Source of the DNA: Candidatus Obscuribacterales bacterium
GTDB lineage: Bacteria; Cyanobacteriota; Vampirovibrionia; Obscuribacterales; Obscuribacteraceae
Assembly: GCA_965228855.1 (NCBI GenBank)
Contig: CBDDIJ010000002.1
Location: 1,632,001 to 1,696,000, forward strand
Length of the DNA: 64,000 nucleotides
Direction of reading: 5' to 3'
Within the stretch, counting starts at the first letter, position 1. Every line of letters starts with the position of its first letter. Position numbers and translations under genes: made by a program. Positions 38,837-49,289 of this stretch are shown one piece after another. Below the pieces are notes generated by a model. The model searched no databases and was not told the origin of the DNA. It worked only from the letters and a program-made list of their open reading frames with translations.

Positions 38837-41407
38837 ATGTCGAATTCGGCACGGTGGCTCCCCGGTTTAAACAAAGCGCAATGGCTGATCTGGGTTTCGA
38901 CCATTGCTTGCATGCTGTACTCGAAACAGACGTGCTCAATCATGATGCTCGTCATGCTTTTTCTGGCCGCTGAGGACTGGAAAACGAGGGCGGCGCAATT
39001 CCGTGAGCGCGCCCATCTCTACATGCTCGTGCTGTCGGGAGCGCTACTCGCGTCGGCGTGGCAGCGACCGATTGCGGTTATTGCCGTGTACATGACCCTG
39101 AGTTGGATTCACCTTCATTTCCACAAGAAGGCGATGGCGAATCGAGATTACGCCTGGTTCTGCGAGCACCTCTTGAGTCTGTCGGCGCTTCGCATGCATT
39201 GCCTGGCGATTTTCGTTGCTGTTTGCAGTTACAGTTGTCACGAGTTTACCGCGCTTCTTCGAAACAACAGCGATCACCCTGCCTCATTTGCGCTTACGAT
39301 TCTCGGCATATTTACCCTGACACTGAGCGCTATTCCGGCTGCCCTTGCGGTTTCGCTTTTCTGGCGGGAGCAATTGCTCGACCTGATTCGTTTCTCCCGC
39401 TTCTCGCGACTTTGCCAGGCGCTCTGGCTGGATCTTACGTTTTACTCTTTCGCCGTTGCGCATCTGGTGATTTTACTGGCCGTGATCTGGATCCCTGGTG
39501 GGCTCGGTGAGCAGATCGTCAATTGGTTGGCAGCGTGCTCTCTTGATGCCAATCTCAGCTGGCTGCCCGTTGCCTGGCCCACGCAATCGAGGGGTTTGGA
39601 ACCGGTGGTAGTGCCGTCCAGTTTCGATTTGCACTTCTATTTGAAGGTCGCTGCCAGTGCGATTTTTACAAGCGTCTTCATGCCGGCAATAGTTTCGAGT
39701 TCCGCGTTTTGCACTTCATTTGCCCGTCGGTTTCGGTTCACGTGCGGAGCGCAGACCTGGGCAGAAACATTTATAGAGGTACTGCGGCAGCCTACTCAAA
39801 AACTCAGTCTGAAGCTTGGGTTGCCATGGCTGCATCATGCAAGAACCACATTACTATGGTTGATGTTCTGCTATGCGCTTCTGTTTTCGTTTGTTGCTTT
39901 TACGCCGGGACCGCTCGGAGAGGCGGTCTTGCAGTCACTCGATCAATGGTTTTTCGAAGCTGGCTTTCGCGCGCTGGCTGTTTATGACAATCCGGAATTG
40001 CGACTGTTTGGAGCATCAATCGTTGCCATGATTGGTATGGTTCCGCTTGCTGTGATGAGTTGTTCATTCTTACCCACGATGAAATCAAAGGTCATTTCGT
40101 TAAGTGCTGATGGAATATTGTTGCCGCGAGGACCGTTTCTCAGCCTCGGCTTTCGTCCGATGCGGAGCTGGAGCGACGTGCGCTCTGTTTCAATCAGGCA
40201 GTTTGTTGGTGAAACGCGACCGAACAAACGCACGCTAATAATCTCCTTCTTTTCCGGTGGCGCAATCAGACTGAAGCTCCATCAGCTTTCTGGCAAGGAC
40301 ATGTACGAGCTGCTAAGCGCTATCGACGAGCATGCAGATGATTGCGTGATTGCGCCTGAGGCTTTGGATTTGAGGAACAGCTTGTTCAACGAGCATGGCG
40401 CGCGCGCTTTGCCTGAGGAAGGTCGATTGCGCAATTTGGATGCTGAAAATTTCAGGTCCACTGTATTCGTACCCTACGAAGTAGGACAGAAGATACCGAA
40501 CACTGAGATGCGCGTTGTTCGCCAACTTTCGACGAAGCCGCTGTCAGCCGTTTATCTTGTCAGACGAGGAGATGGCAAGCTTGTTGTGGTTAAACAATTT
40601 TGTTTTCCGGATGGTGTCGCAAATGGTGCCACGCAAGCCAAGACCAGCTTGCAAGTAGAGCGCATGCGCAAGAACTTTCTCAATGAATTTGAGTTACTGA
40701 GCCGTATAGACAACTGCCGGATTGCAAAAGTATTGGAAGTGTTGGAACTCGGTAGCTCCAATCTGTTGGTCCTCGAGTTCGCCAGCGGTCGAGATTTGAG
40801 GGATATAGTCGAACGCGATGGGGTTCGCAGTGAGGCAATCGTGTTGGATATCGCCAGGCAGCTAGTCGATGTGATGACTTATCTACACAGTCAATCCACA
40901 CCCGTGCTGCATCGCGATCTGACTCCGGACAACCTGATTCTGGATGACGAACGAAACTTGCGACTCATTGATTTCGGCGCTGCGCATCAGTTTCTCGAAG
41001 GTATCACTGGAACTTTGATAGGCAAGCAGTGTTATGTGGCTCCCGAGCAGTTGCGTGGCGAGCCCTCGGTCAGGAGCGATATTTATTCATTCGGTTGTAC
41101 ACTCTATTTTCTTTTGACTGGCGAAGATCCGATTGCGTTGACGCAAAGCGATACCGGCGAAGAGTCTTCTGTTTCACGCGCCATGCGTACTCTCATTCTC
41201 GACTGTACGCAATTTGACGAAAGCGCGCGGCCTGGTTCGTTTGCTGAAATCCGCGCCCGTTTAGATCTTATAGAGGATGCTGCATCGGGCGTGGTATCGC
41301 TCGAAGATCAAGGGCATTGGCTCCGACTACCAGACGAGGATTCTCTAATCGCTGTTTCAAGCGGCGTGGAAACTTCCAGCGGTTTGAAAAGAGGAGAAGG
41401 CGCGTGA
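38837..41407 (+). CDS. multi-TM protein with C-terminal Ser/Thr kinase domain
   Basis: about 8-10 hydrophobic segments, then VVVK, HRDLTPDN, DFG and YVAPEQ. Confidence 0.88.
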   Translation: MSNSARWLPGLNKAQWLIWVSTIACMLYSKQTCSIMMLVMLFLAAEDWKTRAAQFRERAHLYMLVLSGALLASAWQRPIAVIAVYMTLSWIHLHFHKKAMANRDYAWFCEHLLSLSALRMHCLAIFVAVCSYSCHEFTALLRNNSDHPASFALTILGIFTLTLSAIPAALAVSLFWREQLLDLIRFSRFSRLCQALWLDLTFYSFAVAHLVILLAVIWIPGGLGEQIVNWLAACSLDANLSWLPVAWPTQSRGLEPVVVPSSFDLHFYLKVAASAIFTSVFMPAIVSSSAFCTSFARRFRFTCGAQTWAETFIEVLRQPTQKLSLKLGLPWLHHARTTLLWLMFCYALLFSFVAFTPGPLGEAVLQSLDQWFFEAGFRALAVYDNPELRLFGASIVAMIGMVPLAVMSCSFLPTMKSKVISLSADGILLPRGPFLSLGFRPMRSWSDVRSVSIRQFVGETRPNKRTLIISFFSGGAIRLKLHQLSGKDMYELLSAIDEHADDCVIAPEALDLRNSLFNEHGARALPEEGRLRNLDAENFRSTVFVPYEVGQKIPNTEMRVVRQLSTKPLSAVYLVRRGDGKLVVVKQFCFPDGVANGATQAKTSLQVERMRKNFLNEFELLSRIDNCRIAKVLEVLELGSSNLLVLEFASGRDLRDIVERDGVRSEAIVLDIARQLVDVMTYLHSQSTPVLHRDLTPDNLILDDERNLRLIDFGAAHQFLEGITGTLIGKQCYVAPEQLRGEPSVRSDIYSFGCTLYFLLTGEDPIALTQSDTGEESSVSRAMRTLILDCTQFDESARPGSFAEIRARLDLIEDAASGVVSLEDQGHWLRLPDEDSLIAVSSGVETSSGLKRGEGA

Positions 41408-43806
41408 AGGTGTCGCAGTTTAAAGAACAGTTTTTAAACGAATTTGCGCAACAGGCGGGTGGTCTGCGGGTGCCACTGTTTGTGGTGGCGCTATTTTTGT
41501 TTTGCAGCAAGCTCATCTCGATATGGCTTCTGGTTATCTGTGCTCTATTCGCTGCTCAAGCCTTGTTTCCGCACTTGCCAGTAAATGTTCGCGAGAGGTT
41601 TAACTTTCGTTTGCGCGATTGGAGTTTGCAGCATACTCATGAGTGGAAGTTTTTTGCGGAGCTCATAGATGGACTTCGATATTTGAAACCATTTTTGTTT
41701 GCTGCTTTATTTTTCGCCGCAGCCCCGATTTCCGTCTGTATTATGACCGTGCACTATGTGAAAAAAGTCTTCGCTCGGAATTCGCCAGAGCGAAGACGAA
41801 TAGCGGAGAACGGTGCTTTAGTGCTTCGGCAAAATGTGTCCAGGAACAAGGATGAGGAGACCAGCTTCTATCATTCGCCGGCCTTCGCAATCACGACTCT
41901 CGCGGTTGTAGGACTTGGAATACCTGTCGCCATAATGCTTTCCATTTATACTGCCGGGAGTATCGAAGAGCGGCTTGCGACTGTGAATGATGGCGTTTAC
42001 GTTCAATACCTGGCTCCGCAGGACGTGAAGTCTCCGTCGCGGTTTCATAAGCGCAGTTTGACAGGCAAGAGATTTGTTATGAGTGACGGAGACTTACCGA
42101 TAGTTGCGCATGACTTTCCTGAACCGAGTTCGGCTTCGTTGCAACACTTCGCGATGTATGCCTATCTCATGAGCCTCTCCTGGGCGGTCAGTATCATCTT
42201 TATGCGTGCATATTTTCTGTTTCCGCTCAACTTCGCGAGCACGGAATACGATATTCGACTGGATCGCCGCGGTGTGAAGCGAGGGCATGTGCATGGTTGG
42301 TTTGCGGAGCTTATCTGGTATTGCTGGCCTGAATTTATGCCACGTTCGTTTTCCTGGAGCGAGGTTAAACGCGTCGATTACATTCAAGGTGGCGTTGGAC
42401 GTCTCAGTCCTCTGCCCTCGACGATTTTCTCGAAACGCAGCGTTGTTTACCAGGTCCTGAATAAACTGGCCGGCGTTACAGATGGACTGGTCGATAAGAT
42501 TGGTCGAAGTGAATATATTAGTTTTGACCACAACGTCGATTCTTCGTCGGCCGCTAGTCGAATCAATATCCGGCTCTGGGAGCTGAGCAGTGACGACAGA
42601 GTGCGACTGTTTTATGCCTTGAGAACTTACGCGCCTGACCTTTTCATTCCGCCTATTGTGCAGGAGAAGTTGATTGGTTCAAGCGTAATGAAGGAGTCGA
42701 GGTACACAGATCTCTGGTTCAATATGCTCACTTCAACGCAGGTTAGCTTGCGCGCAGAGTCTCTAAGTAAGGGCGACACGCTCCGAGATGGCACTTACAC
42801 TATCGTCGAAAAGCTTGGTTCCGGTGGACAGGCCTCCGCCTTTCTGGCTAAGACAAGCGAGGGTGAGCTGATAGTTTTAAAAGAATTCATTCTCAACTCC
42901 GCTGAAACCTTTGGCGCGCTTGTTGAATCCGCCACTGACTTTGAAAATGAGAGCAGCATTCTGAGCCGCTTGGACCACCCGCGAGTGGTGAAATTCAAAG
43001 ACATTTTTTCACAAGACAGACGAGCGTATATCGTTCTTGAATTCGTCGAAGGCGTTACGCTTCGTCAAATGGTTGAAGCGTCCGGGCCTGTTGGCGAGCG
43101 CACTGCTGTCGAACTCGCACTAGAGATGTGTGATATCCTCGAGTATCTTCATGGGCAAGCACCGCCAGTAGTGCACCGTGATTTTACTCCGGAAAACCTT
43201 ATACGGCAGACTGACGCTGGATTGAAGATCGTCGACTTCAGCGTGGCAAGCCGTACCGGACCGGCCAGGTCGGGCGATTGCGTCGGTAAGCATTCGTATA
43301 CTCCGCCTGAGCAATTCCGTTCGCAAGCCTCAACGCAAAGTGACATTTATGCTCTAGGAGCGACACTGTTCTTTCTTCTCACCGGCCACGACCCTAAGCC
43401 AATCAGTGTTTCGGACCCTTGTTCCATAAACTCTGAGCTATCCGAAACAATCGCGACGATCGTTTCAAAAGCTACGGCGCTTGATTTGGGTGATCGATAT
43501 GATTCAGTCGAGTGGCTGCGCTTGGACCTCGAAGATGCGCTTCAGCGGTTCGATTCAGCAGGAGGAAAACTGAGGTGTTCCGATACTGACCTGTCTGATT
43601 CAGGGCGAAGTCTGTTAAACGTTCCTGAAGCCGCAGTTACGAGCGAGTTGGAATCCGCTAAACCAGGTGGAGTCGTAATTAAGTTGGGAAGCAGAAACAG
43701 AGTCAAAGTCTCCGCGAAGAAATCGAAGACACGATCCAAATCGAGTGGAGGCAACTTAGGTTCGGGTACTCGGTTTGGCAAGTCCCGCCGCACCAATTGC
43801 CGGTGA
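41404..43806 (+). CDS. membrane protein with C-terminal Ser/Thr kinase domain
   Basis: GTG start overlaps the upstream TGA, GAGGAG RBS; LGSGGQA, VLK, HRDFTPEN, DFS and YTPPEQ. Confidence 0.88.
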   Translation: MKVSQFKEQFLNEFAQQAGGLRVPLFVVALFLFCSKLISIWLLVICALFAAQALFPHLPVNVRERFNFRLRDWSLQHTHEWKFFAELIDGLRYLKPFLFAALFFAAAPISVCIMTVHYVKKVFARNSPERRRIAENGALVLRQNVSRNKDEETSFYHSPAFAITTLAVVGLGIPVAIMLSIYTAGSIEERLATVNDGVYVQYLAPQDVKSPSRFHKRSLTGKRFVMSDGDLPIVAHDFPEPSSASLQHFAMYAYLMSLSWAVSIIFMRAYFLFPLNFASTEYDIRLDRRGVKRGHVHGWFAELIWYCWPEFMPRSFSWSEVKRVDYIQGGVGRLSPLPSTIFSKRSVVYQVLNKLAGVTDGLVDKIGRSEYISFDHNVDSSSAASRINIRLWELSSDDRVRLFYALRTYAPDLFIPPIVQEKLIGSSVMKESRYTDLWFNMLTSTQVSLRAESLSKGDTLRDGTYTIVEKLGSGGQASAFLAKTSEGELIVLKEFILNSAETFGALVESATDFENESSILSRLDHPRVVKFKDIFSQDRRAYIVLEFVEGVTLRQMVEASGPVGERTAVELALEMCDILEYLHGQAPPVVHRDFTPENLIRQTDAGLKIVDFSVASRTGPARSGDCVGKHSYTPPEQFRSQASTQSDIYALGATLFFLLTGHDPKPISVSDPCSINSELSETIATIVSKATALDLGDRYDSVEWLRLDLEDALQRFDSAGGKLRCSDTDLSDSGRSLLNVPEAAVTSELESAKPGGVVIKLGSRNRVKVSAKKSKTRSKSSGGNLGSGTRFGKSRRTNCR

Positions 43807-43838
43807 CGGCCATAGTATGGCTTGGAATTCGGAGTTTG

Positions 43839-46049
43839 CTACTCGTTAAATAAGCTATGCAGCTCGCGTGCTTTCATGCGGTATTGAATGGCGTCGAGAT
43901 AATTCCCCTGGCGCCACATAATGTCTGCGTACTGCATCATTGCAGGAACTGCGAGGTCGCGACCGGGACCGGACAGCTTTTTCAACTTTGGAATTACGGC
44001 TTTGTAAGCTTTGCTTGCTGTTTCCAGCTTGTCGAGTTTGTACAGGCAAAATGCTCGATAAAACGATACCAGAGCTGAACGCGTTTCGCTCACGTTGTCT
44101 GAGCTAAAATAACCGCCTTCTTGAAGAAGCTGTTTGTAAGCGTCGTCGGCGTTTTCATATTGGCGAATTGCTTCATTCCACAAGCTGCGGGCTCGATAGC
44201 ACTCAGCCATTCGGGCGCAGGTGACGGCATAGTCCTCGGCTTTGAAGTGGTCGCTGCTTTGCAGTTGTCTCACTACTCGCTGAAATTCGGGGAGCGCGCC
44301 TGAGAAATCGCCTAGCGCGTAAAGTGCGGTTGCTTCCTTCAAACGCAGCTCATTCTGATGATTTGTCAGTTGTTCGTTACGCGTGTTTTCTATAAGTTTT
44401 GCATAGTGCTTAGCGGCCTCGCGATATTGTCCGAGCTTGAAATCACAGTCAGCAAGCCCCTCAAGCGCGATGCGCGTTCCCCTGGCTTTATTTCCGTCGT
44501 GTCTGCTCCCGAGTTCAAAGAGATTGCTGTAGCAAACCGCTGCTTCTTTAAAATACTTCTGGGCAGCGTAATTTTGAGCCAGGCTTTCAACAGACCGAAC
44601 GTATTCATCGTACCTATCGGAGTTTGGATCCGCTCGAAGCATCTCTTCTTGAACCTCCAGGCTTCGCATGAATATTGGTTCCTGAGGAGGAGGCGTAGCC
44701 GGACGTGCTATCGGCACAGGCATGAATGCTTTGTCGATCGGGAACGCGGTTTTGGTTTCCATCTCGAAATATGGCATCACCAGCCTGGTTGCAGCGACAC
44801 AGAGCATGAGCGAAACGGCCGCCGCAAACGCCAACAGTATTTTTTCGCGTTTCTTCAAAGGACGAATTTTGAGTTTGATGACCTGAAATCTATCCTGAAT
44901 TTTCTTCAAAAGCAAAACAGTGACGTTCTGCTGAAAGGCGCGGAGCGCCTCTCCGAGTACATCCGCCGATGGAAAGCGCTCGTTTGGATTTTTCGCAAGT
45001 GCTTTGAAAATTATCAATTCCATCTGATGCGGAACAACGAGGTCCGGATCTACTGATTTGAAGTCGGGCGGCGGGTCGTTCATCTGCTTCAGCAGAGTCT
45101 CCATGATATTCTCGCCGACTAGAGGTGGTCGCCCGCTGAGAACTTCATACATCAAGCAGCCCATGGAATAGATGTCAGCCCGTGGATCGACTTTCGTTCC
45201 CGAGCATTGTTCCGGACTCATGTAGTTGGGACTGCCGAACACTTCTCCGGTGCGCGTCAAGCCCATTGATTCCGCGCCTTCTTGAGGCATCACTTTTGCA
45301 ATTCCGAAGTCTAGTAGCCGAACAAAATCAATGCCACCACTGGCGGGGCTAATCATTACGTTGCTCGGTTTCAAATCTCGATGCAATACTCCTTTTGCGT
45401 GCGCGTGGGAGAGGGCGTCACAGATTTGAATGAAGATTGGAACGGCTCGCTCGAGCGGCAGTCGTTTTTCCCGCCTCAAAAGATCGGAGAGCGAAAGTCC
45501 ATCCAGCAGTTCCATGACTAGATAAGGTCTGCCGTCCGGCGTCACACCGAAGTCGTGGGTGACGATCAGATTAGGATGTGAAAGGCTGCTCGCTGCTTGA
45601 GCTTCTACCTGAAAACGTTGATGGCTTATCGGATTTGCCATCAAGTGTGGAAGCAGCACCTTTACCGCAAGCGGTTTGTTCAGTTTAATGTCTTTGGCTT
45701 TGTATACTGCGCTCATGCCGCCCTTGCCAATCAGTGCCAGCAACGCGTACCGGTCGGATAATGTGTGACCGACGAGATTTTCGGCTGAGTCATCACCGGA
45801 CTCTCCCGCATCCGACGCCAGTTGGGAGCGCACAGTTGACGGAAATTCGCTGTCATCAGGAGGTTCTGTTTGCCCCCCGCTCAATCGTGGACGACCGCGC
45901 ATTTGTCTCTGAGAAGAGCGGTTGAACGGACCATGCGGAACCGCGTTTCTTCTTCCAGACGATGTGCCACGATGCACGCGTCCTGGAAGAACAGGCGTAT
46001 CTTCACCGTTTTCTTTTAAGTCCTCGATGTCGTCAGCATCTTTCGGCAT
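43839..46049 (-). CDS. Ser/Thr kinase - TM - TPR protein
   Basis: IGKGGMSAVY, LAVK, HRDLKPSN, DFG and YMSPE; TM ILLAFAAAVSLMLCVAA; C-terminal TPRs. Confidence 0.92.
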   Translation of the reverse strand: MPKDADDIEDLKENGEDTPVLPGRVHRGTSSGRRNAVPHGPFNRSSQRQMRGRPRLSGGQTEPPDDSEFPSTVRSQLASDAGESGDDSAENLVGHTLSDRYALLALIGKGGMSAVYKAKDIKLNKPLAVKVLLPHLMANPISHQRFQVEAQAASSLSHPNLIVTHDFGVTPDGRPYLVMELLDGLSLSDLLRREKRLPLERAVPIFIQICDALSHAHAKGVLHRDLKPSNVMISPASGGIDFVRLLDFGIAKVMPQEGAESMGLTRTGEVFGSPNYMSPEQCSGTKVDPRADIYSMGCLMYEVLSGRPPLVGENIMETLLKQMNDPPPDFKSVDPDLVVPHQMELIIFKALAKNPNERFPSADVLGEALRAFQQNVTVLLLKKIQDRFQVIKLKIRPLKKREKILLAFAAAVSLMLCVAATRLVMPYFEMETKTAFPIDKAFMPVPIARPATPPPQEPIFMRSLEVQEEMLRADPNSDRYDEYVRSVESLAQNYAAQKYFKEAAVCYSNLFELGSRHDGNKARGTRIALEGLADCDFKLGQYREAAKHYAKLIENTRNEQLTNHQNELRLKEATALYALGDFSGALPEFQRVVRQLQSSDHFKAEDYAVTCARMAECYRARSLWNEAIRQYENADDAYKQLLQEGGYFSSDNVSETRSALVSFYRAFCLYKLDKLETASKAYKAVIPKLKKLSGPGRDLAVPAMMQYADIMWRQGNYLDAIQYRMKARELHSLFNE

Positions 46050-46157
46050 GTAAGTGATACGGTTCCGTCGGAAAAACGATCTGCCAATTGGCTATAATAA
46101 GCGCTATATTTCTATACCCAGGACTTACGCTATTATTCAGATGCTGGTTGGGAACTA

Positions 46158-46952
46158 GTGATGAAAGAATTTGAAAATGCAATTGCATCAATACTTTCGA
46201 GACCATTGAGTCGCGCAGCTGTGCGGCAATCCGAAGGTGTCGGCGCTTCTTCTTTGGCTTCAAAACAGCAGATAATTCTTGGCGGTTTCGTTGCCATTCT
46301 CTCAGCACTGTCAAGTTGCTCTGATGCCGAAGCGCGTACTTCAATCAAGAAGAAAGCAAATGATAGTTCCTCGAAGAATGTTGGATGGGTGATCGACCAG
46401 ACTTCCGAGGAAGCCGGGCGTGGCGAAATCATCGTCACCAAAGACGGTGTGCGTATAAAACTCAAGACGTTAATCGCCGTTCTCACAGCTCCAAAGTTTG
46501 ACGCCACTATATTCGATACCAGTACCAAGAAATACGTCGACCTTCCATACGACAAATGGACATCGAAGTACAAAGATAAGCGTCCCGTATCAATCACGCC
46601 AACTGGAAAAACAGCCAAGATTGCTGGTTTAAACGCGAGTAGTTATCGTGTTCCAAGCCAAAAAGTGCTGAAAGAGGTTTGGTTCACCAATGACGTGCCA
46701 ATTTCTGAAGATATGTGCGCGTTCATCTCGACGACCATGCATTTGCCCAGCGGGCACGGCTTGCCGGTTCGCCTCGAAGTGAGTCGACCGGCAGGAAAGC
46801 GCGTTGTTTTCGACACTCTAAAATTGACGAAAACCGACAAAGTAGATCCGAAGGTTTTTGCAAAACCTGTTGGCTACAAAAAGGTTGAGAGCGAGTATCA
46901 ACTGTTCGTCAAGGAGAGTCAAGTTCAAGACATGGGCAGCTTCTTCCAGTAA
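46158..46952 (+). CDS. exported DUF4412-like protein
   Basis: hydrophobic leader; TGKTAKIAGL...EVWFT...GLPVR...F-x2-P-x-GY pattern. Confidence 0.6.
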   Translation: MMKEFENAIASILSRPLSRAAVRQSEGVGASSLASKQQIILGGFVAILSALSSCSDAEARTSIKKKANDSSSKNVGWVIDQTSEEAGRGEIIVTKDGVRIKLKTLIAVLTAPKFDATIFDTSTKKYVDLPYDKWTSKYKDKRPVSITPTGKTAKIAGLNASSYRVPSQKVLKEVWFTNDVPISEDMCAFISTTMHLPSGHGLPVRLEVSRPAGKRVVFDTLKLTKTDKVDPKVFAKPVGYKKVESEYQLFVKESQVQDMGSFFQ

Positions 46953-46974
46953 AGTGTACCCGCTCCTGCGATGC

Positions 46975-48510
46975 TCAATGTTTGCTCAAGGGGGCCGGCG
47001 CAACACGATTCCAACGCTCAATCAGATCGCGAAAGACATCCGGTTCCCAAACATCAGGCTCGTATTTTAATTCTCTCGCGGCTCGTAAGTCCGAGTCGCA
47101 CTTTTCCAGTTCTCCTTGCTTCAGGTATACAGCCGCGCGGTGGAAGTATGCAGCGGACGATTTTGGTTTAACCTTAATTGCTCGATCCAGATCTTCGAGC
47201 GCCTTTTCATAGTTTTCCATCAACAAATACACGGTCCCTCTTGTGTCTAAAACATCAACAGCATCATGTTTTTGCTCTAGCGATTTGTCTGCGTTTTTCA
47301 GCGCTTCTTCTAGTTTGCCGAGCGGCGTTTGCGTCCAGGCGGCGGCATTCAAGAGTTCGTAGTCATCGGGCTTGGCCGCTAATGCATCCTCGTAGAGTGC
47401 GAGGGCACCGTCGTAATCTTTTTGTTTGAATTTGACAAGCGCCTTCGTTCTCTTCAACTGAACTTTGTCTTTGCAAATTGGCTCGCTTGCGTCAATGTCG
47501 CGGAGCGCGGCTTCAAACTGTTTAAGTTCGACCAGCGTGCGAACTCGAAGGGATAATGCGGAGAAGCGAGCTTCGTCATATTTCTGAGTTGAATCCGCCT
47601 GGAATGTTTCCACGGCTTTGTTCAAAAGCGGCAACGCCTCTTCGAATTTCTTATCGTTCATCAGGGCGGTTGCATCAACGATATAGTTCTGACTGATGAA
47701 CCGCAAATCGCCTTTGTACTGCGCGCTGATTGCAAAGAAGGAAACCAGCGGTGCGAGCGCCAGAAGCGTCAGCGCTGAGATGGCGAGCGGTTTTAAATTC
47801 TGTCTGGTGGAGGCTTTCATCGCAAATCCACAAATCAAACCAGCAAGCAATCCGCCGACATGGGCGGCATTGTCGATGCCCGGCATGAAAAATGTGGGAG
47901 CGACCGCTAGAAGAATGAACGCCAGCAGGACGAGTAAGCGGCGTTTCATGCTAGTAATCAGCTGTTTAAAATCGGTCGCGCCGATCAGTGAAAAAGCGCT
48001 GCCTAAAACTCCCATCAGCGCGCCCGAGGCGCCGACGGTCACCGCAACCGGAAGGAACTCGAGACTGAAAAGCGAGCCGTAAATTCCGGAGACGAGATAG
48101 ATAAACAGGAATTTCTTCGTACCGAGAAGTTCTTCGATTTCACGACCAACAACACCAAGACCGAAGAGATTGACGAGAATGTGAATCAGGTGCGCGTGCA
48201 AGAATGTGCAGCTCAGCAAGCGCCATGGTTGACCGTTAAGTGTCAGAGGTCCATATCCCGCGCCCCATTCGATGAGCGTTTTGTTTGTCTGAGCGCCAAT
48301 TGAATGCTCTGGCGATGAAATCACCATGGCGGTATATAGCACCGCATTTAGTACTATGAGGCTGATGGTTCCTGCGTGCTTTCGCAAGTGAAACGATTTC
48401 ACGGTTTCCGCTCGGTCCTCAATAGAATCTGTATCGATCAACAGGGGCAACGAAGTGTTCCGGACATAGACTTGTCCGTGTAAACCATAGAGCGGTTCGG
48501 ACTCTACCAC
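46975..48510 (-). CDS. rhomboid intramembrane serine protease with C-terminal TPRs
   Basis: PWRLL-x3-FLH, HILVN, VGASGA and AAHVGG; TPR tail. Confidence 0.93.
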   Translation of the reverse strand: MVESEPLYGLHGQVYVRNTSLPLLIDTDSIEDRAETVKSFHLRKHAGTISLIVLNAVLYTAMVISSPEHSIGAQTNKTLIEWGAGYGPLTLNGQPWRLLSCTFLHAHLIHILVNLFGLGVVGREIEELLGTKKFLFIYLVSGIYGSLFSLEFLPVAVTVGASGALMGVLGSAFSLIGATDFKQLITSMKRRLLVLLAFILLAVAPTFFMPGIDNAAHVGGLLAGLICGFAMKASTRQNLKPLAISALTLLALAPLVSFFAISAQYKGDLRFISQNYIVDATALMNDKKFEEALPLLNKAVETFQADSTQKYDEARFSALSLRVRTLVELKQFEAALRDIDASEPICKDKVQLKRTKALVKFKQKDYDGALALYEDALAAKPDDYELLNAAAWTQTPLGKLEEALKNADKSLEQKHDAVDVLDTRGTVYLLMENYEKALEDLDRAIKVKPKSSAAYFHRAAVYLKQGELEKCDSDLRAARELKYEPDVWEPDVFRDLIERWNRVAPAPLSKH

Positions 48511-48619
48511 AATGGTGGATACACTACTGGAAACATGGTCAACCAGGGTGAATTTATACCGATTGCAGGTTGAGCTGATCTCCCGCGCTTAAGCCGGTTC
48601 GCGCTACCGATTATTCCCA

Positions 48620-48653
48620 AACAGTGAAAGCCTGAGCTTGCGCCCAGGCTTTC
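48620..48653 (-). terminator. intrinsic terminator
   Basis: minus strand reads gaaagcctgggc-GCAA-gctcaggctttc followed by ACTGTT. Confidence 0.7.
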
Positions 48654-48677
48654 GAACTTTTAGCGTTGTAGCTTCAA

Positions 48678-49151
48678 TTACTTGCGAAGAGTAATGGTTG
48701 CTTTTTCGCCTTCGAATTTGACTTCGCCTTTGAGGCCGAATTCTTGTGCGAATTCTTTGACGCAGTTTTCCATCGAAGCGCACATTTTTTCTTCTTGTGC
48801 TTTCTCCATTCCGCATTCCTTCATTGCATTCCACATGCCGCAGGAGTTGTAGAGGAGGTGTGCTTCTTTCTCGTCGCCCCAGAATTCGATCTTGGAACCA
48901 AACATGTTGGTTTCGAATTCTGCTTTAGCTTTGATGATTTCGATCGGGGTCGTAACGCCGAGCTTCTTGTAGTAGGCGATCATCGGCTTCTTGCTGACTT
49001 CTTGATATTCTTTTGTTACTGCTTCGCCTTGTTTGCAGAGTACTTGCATCGCGGACATATAGTTGTTTGCCATCATGCGCGAAACCATTTCGTGCATTTT
49101 GTCGGCGGTCCAAGTGGGTTTCACTTCAGTTTTTTGAGCTACAGCTGTCAT
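48678..49151 (-). CDS. hypothetical protein, possibly V4R/ATC-hydrolase-like fold
   Basis: GGAGAG RBS, own terminator, YNSCGMW...MC Cys pattern. Confidence 0.7.
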   Translation of the reverse strand: MTAVAQKTEVKPTWTADKMHEMVSRMMANNYMSAMQVLCKQGEAVTKEYQEVSKKPMIAYYKKLGVTTPIEIIKAKAEFETNMFGSKIEFWGDEKEAHLLYNSCGMWNAMKECGMEKAQEEKMCASMENCVKEFAQEFGLKGEVKFEGEKATITLRK

Positions 49152-49289
49152 TTCACTCTCCAGTAAACACAGAGGTTTTAATACGATGCCTGTATTCTAA
49201 ACTGTTCGGTGACTCTATTAGCTGCCTTTAAGACTTAATCCGCATTTCTTCTTTGCAAGTTCGATTTTGTCGAACTTTTGGTCATTGTT

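Noticed and set aside
41317..41403. Longer ORF-track starts here and at 28100, 29629 and 50510
   Set aside because: Downstream starts have an RBS or stop/start coupling and avoid long overlaps
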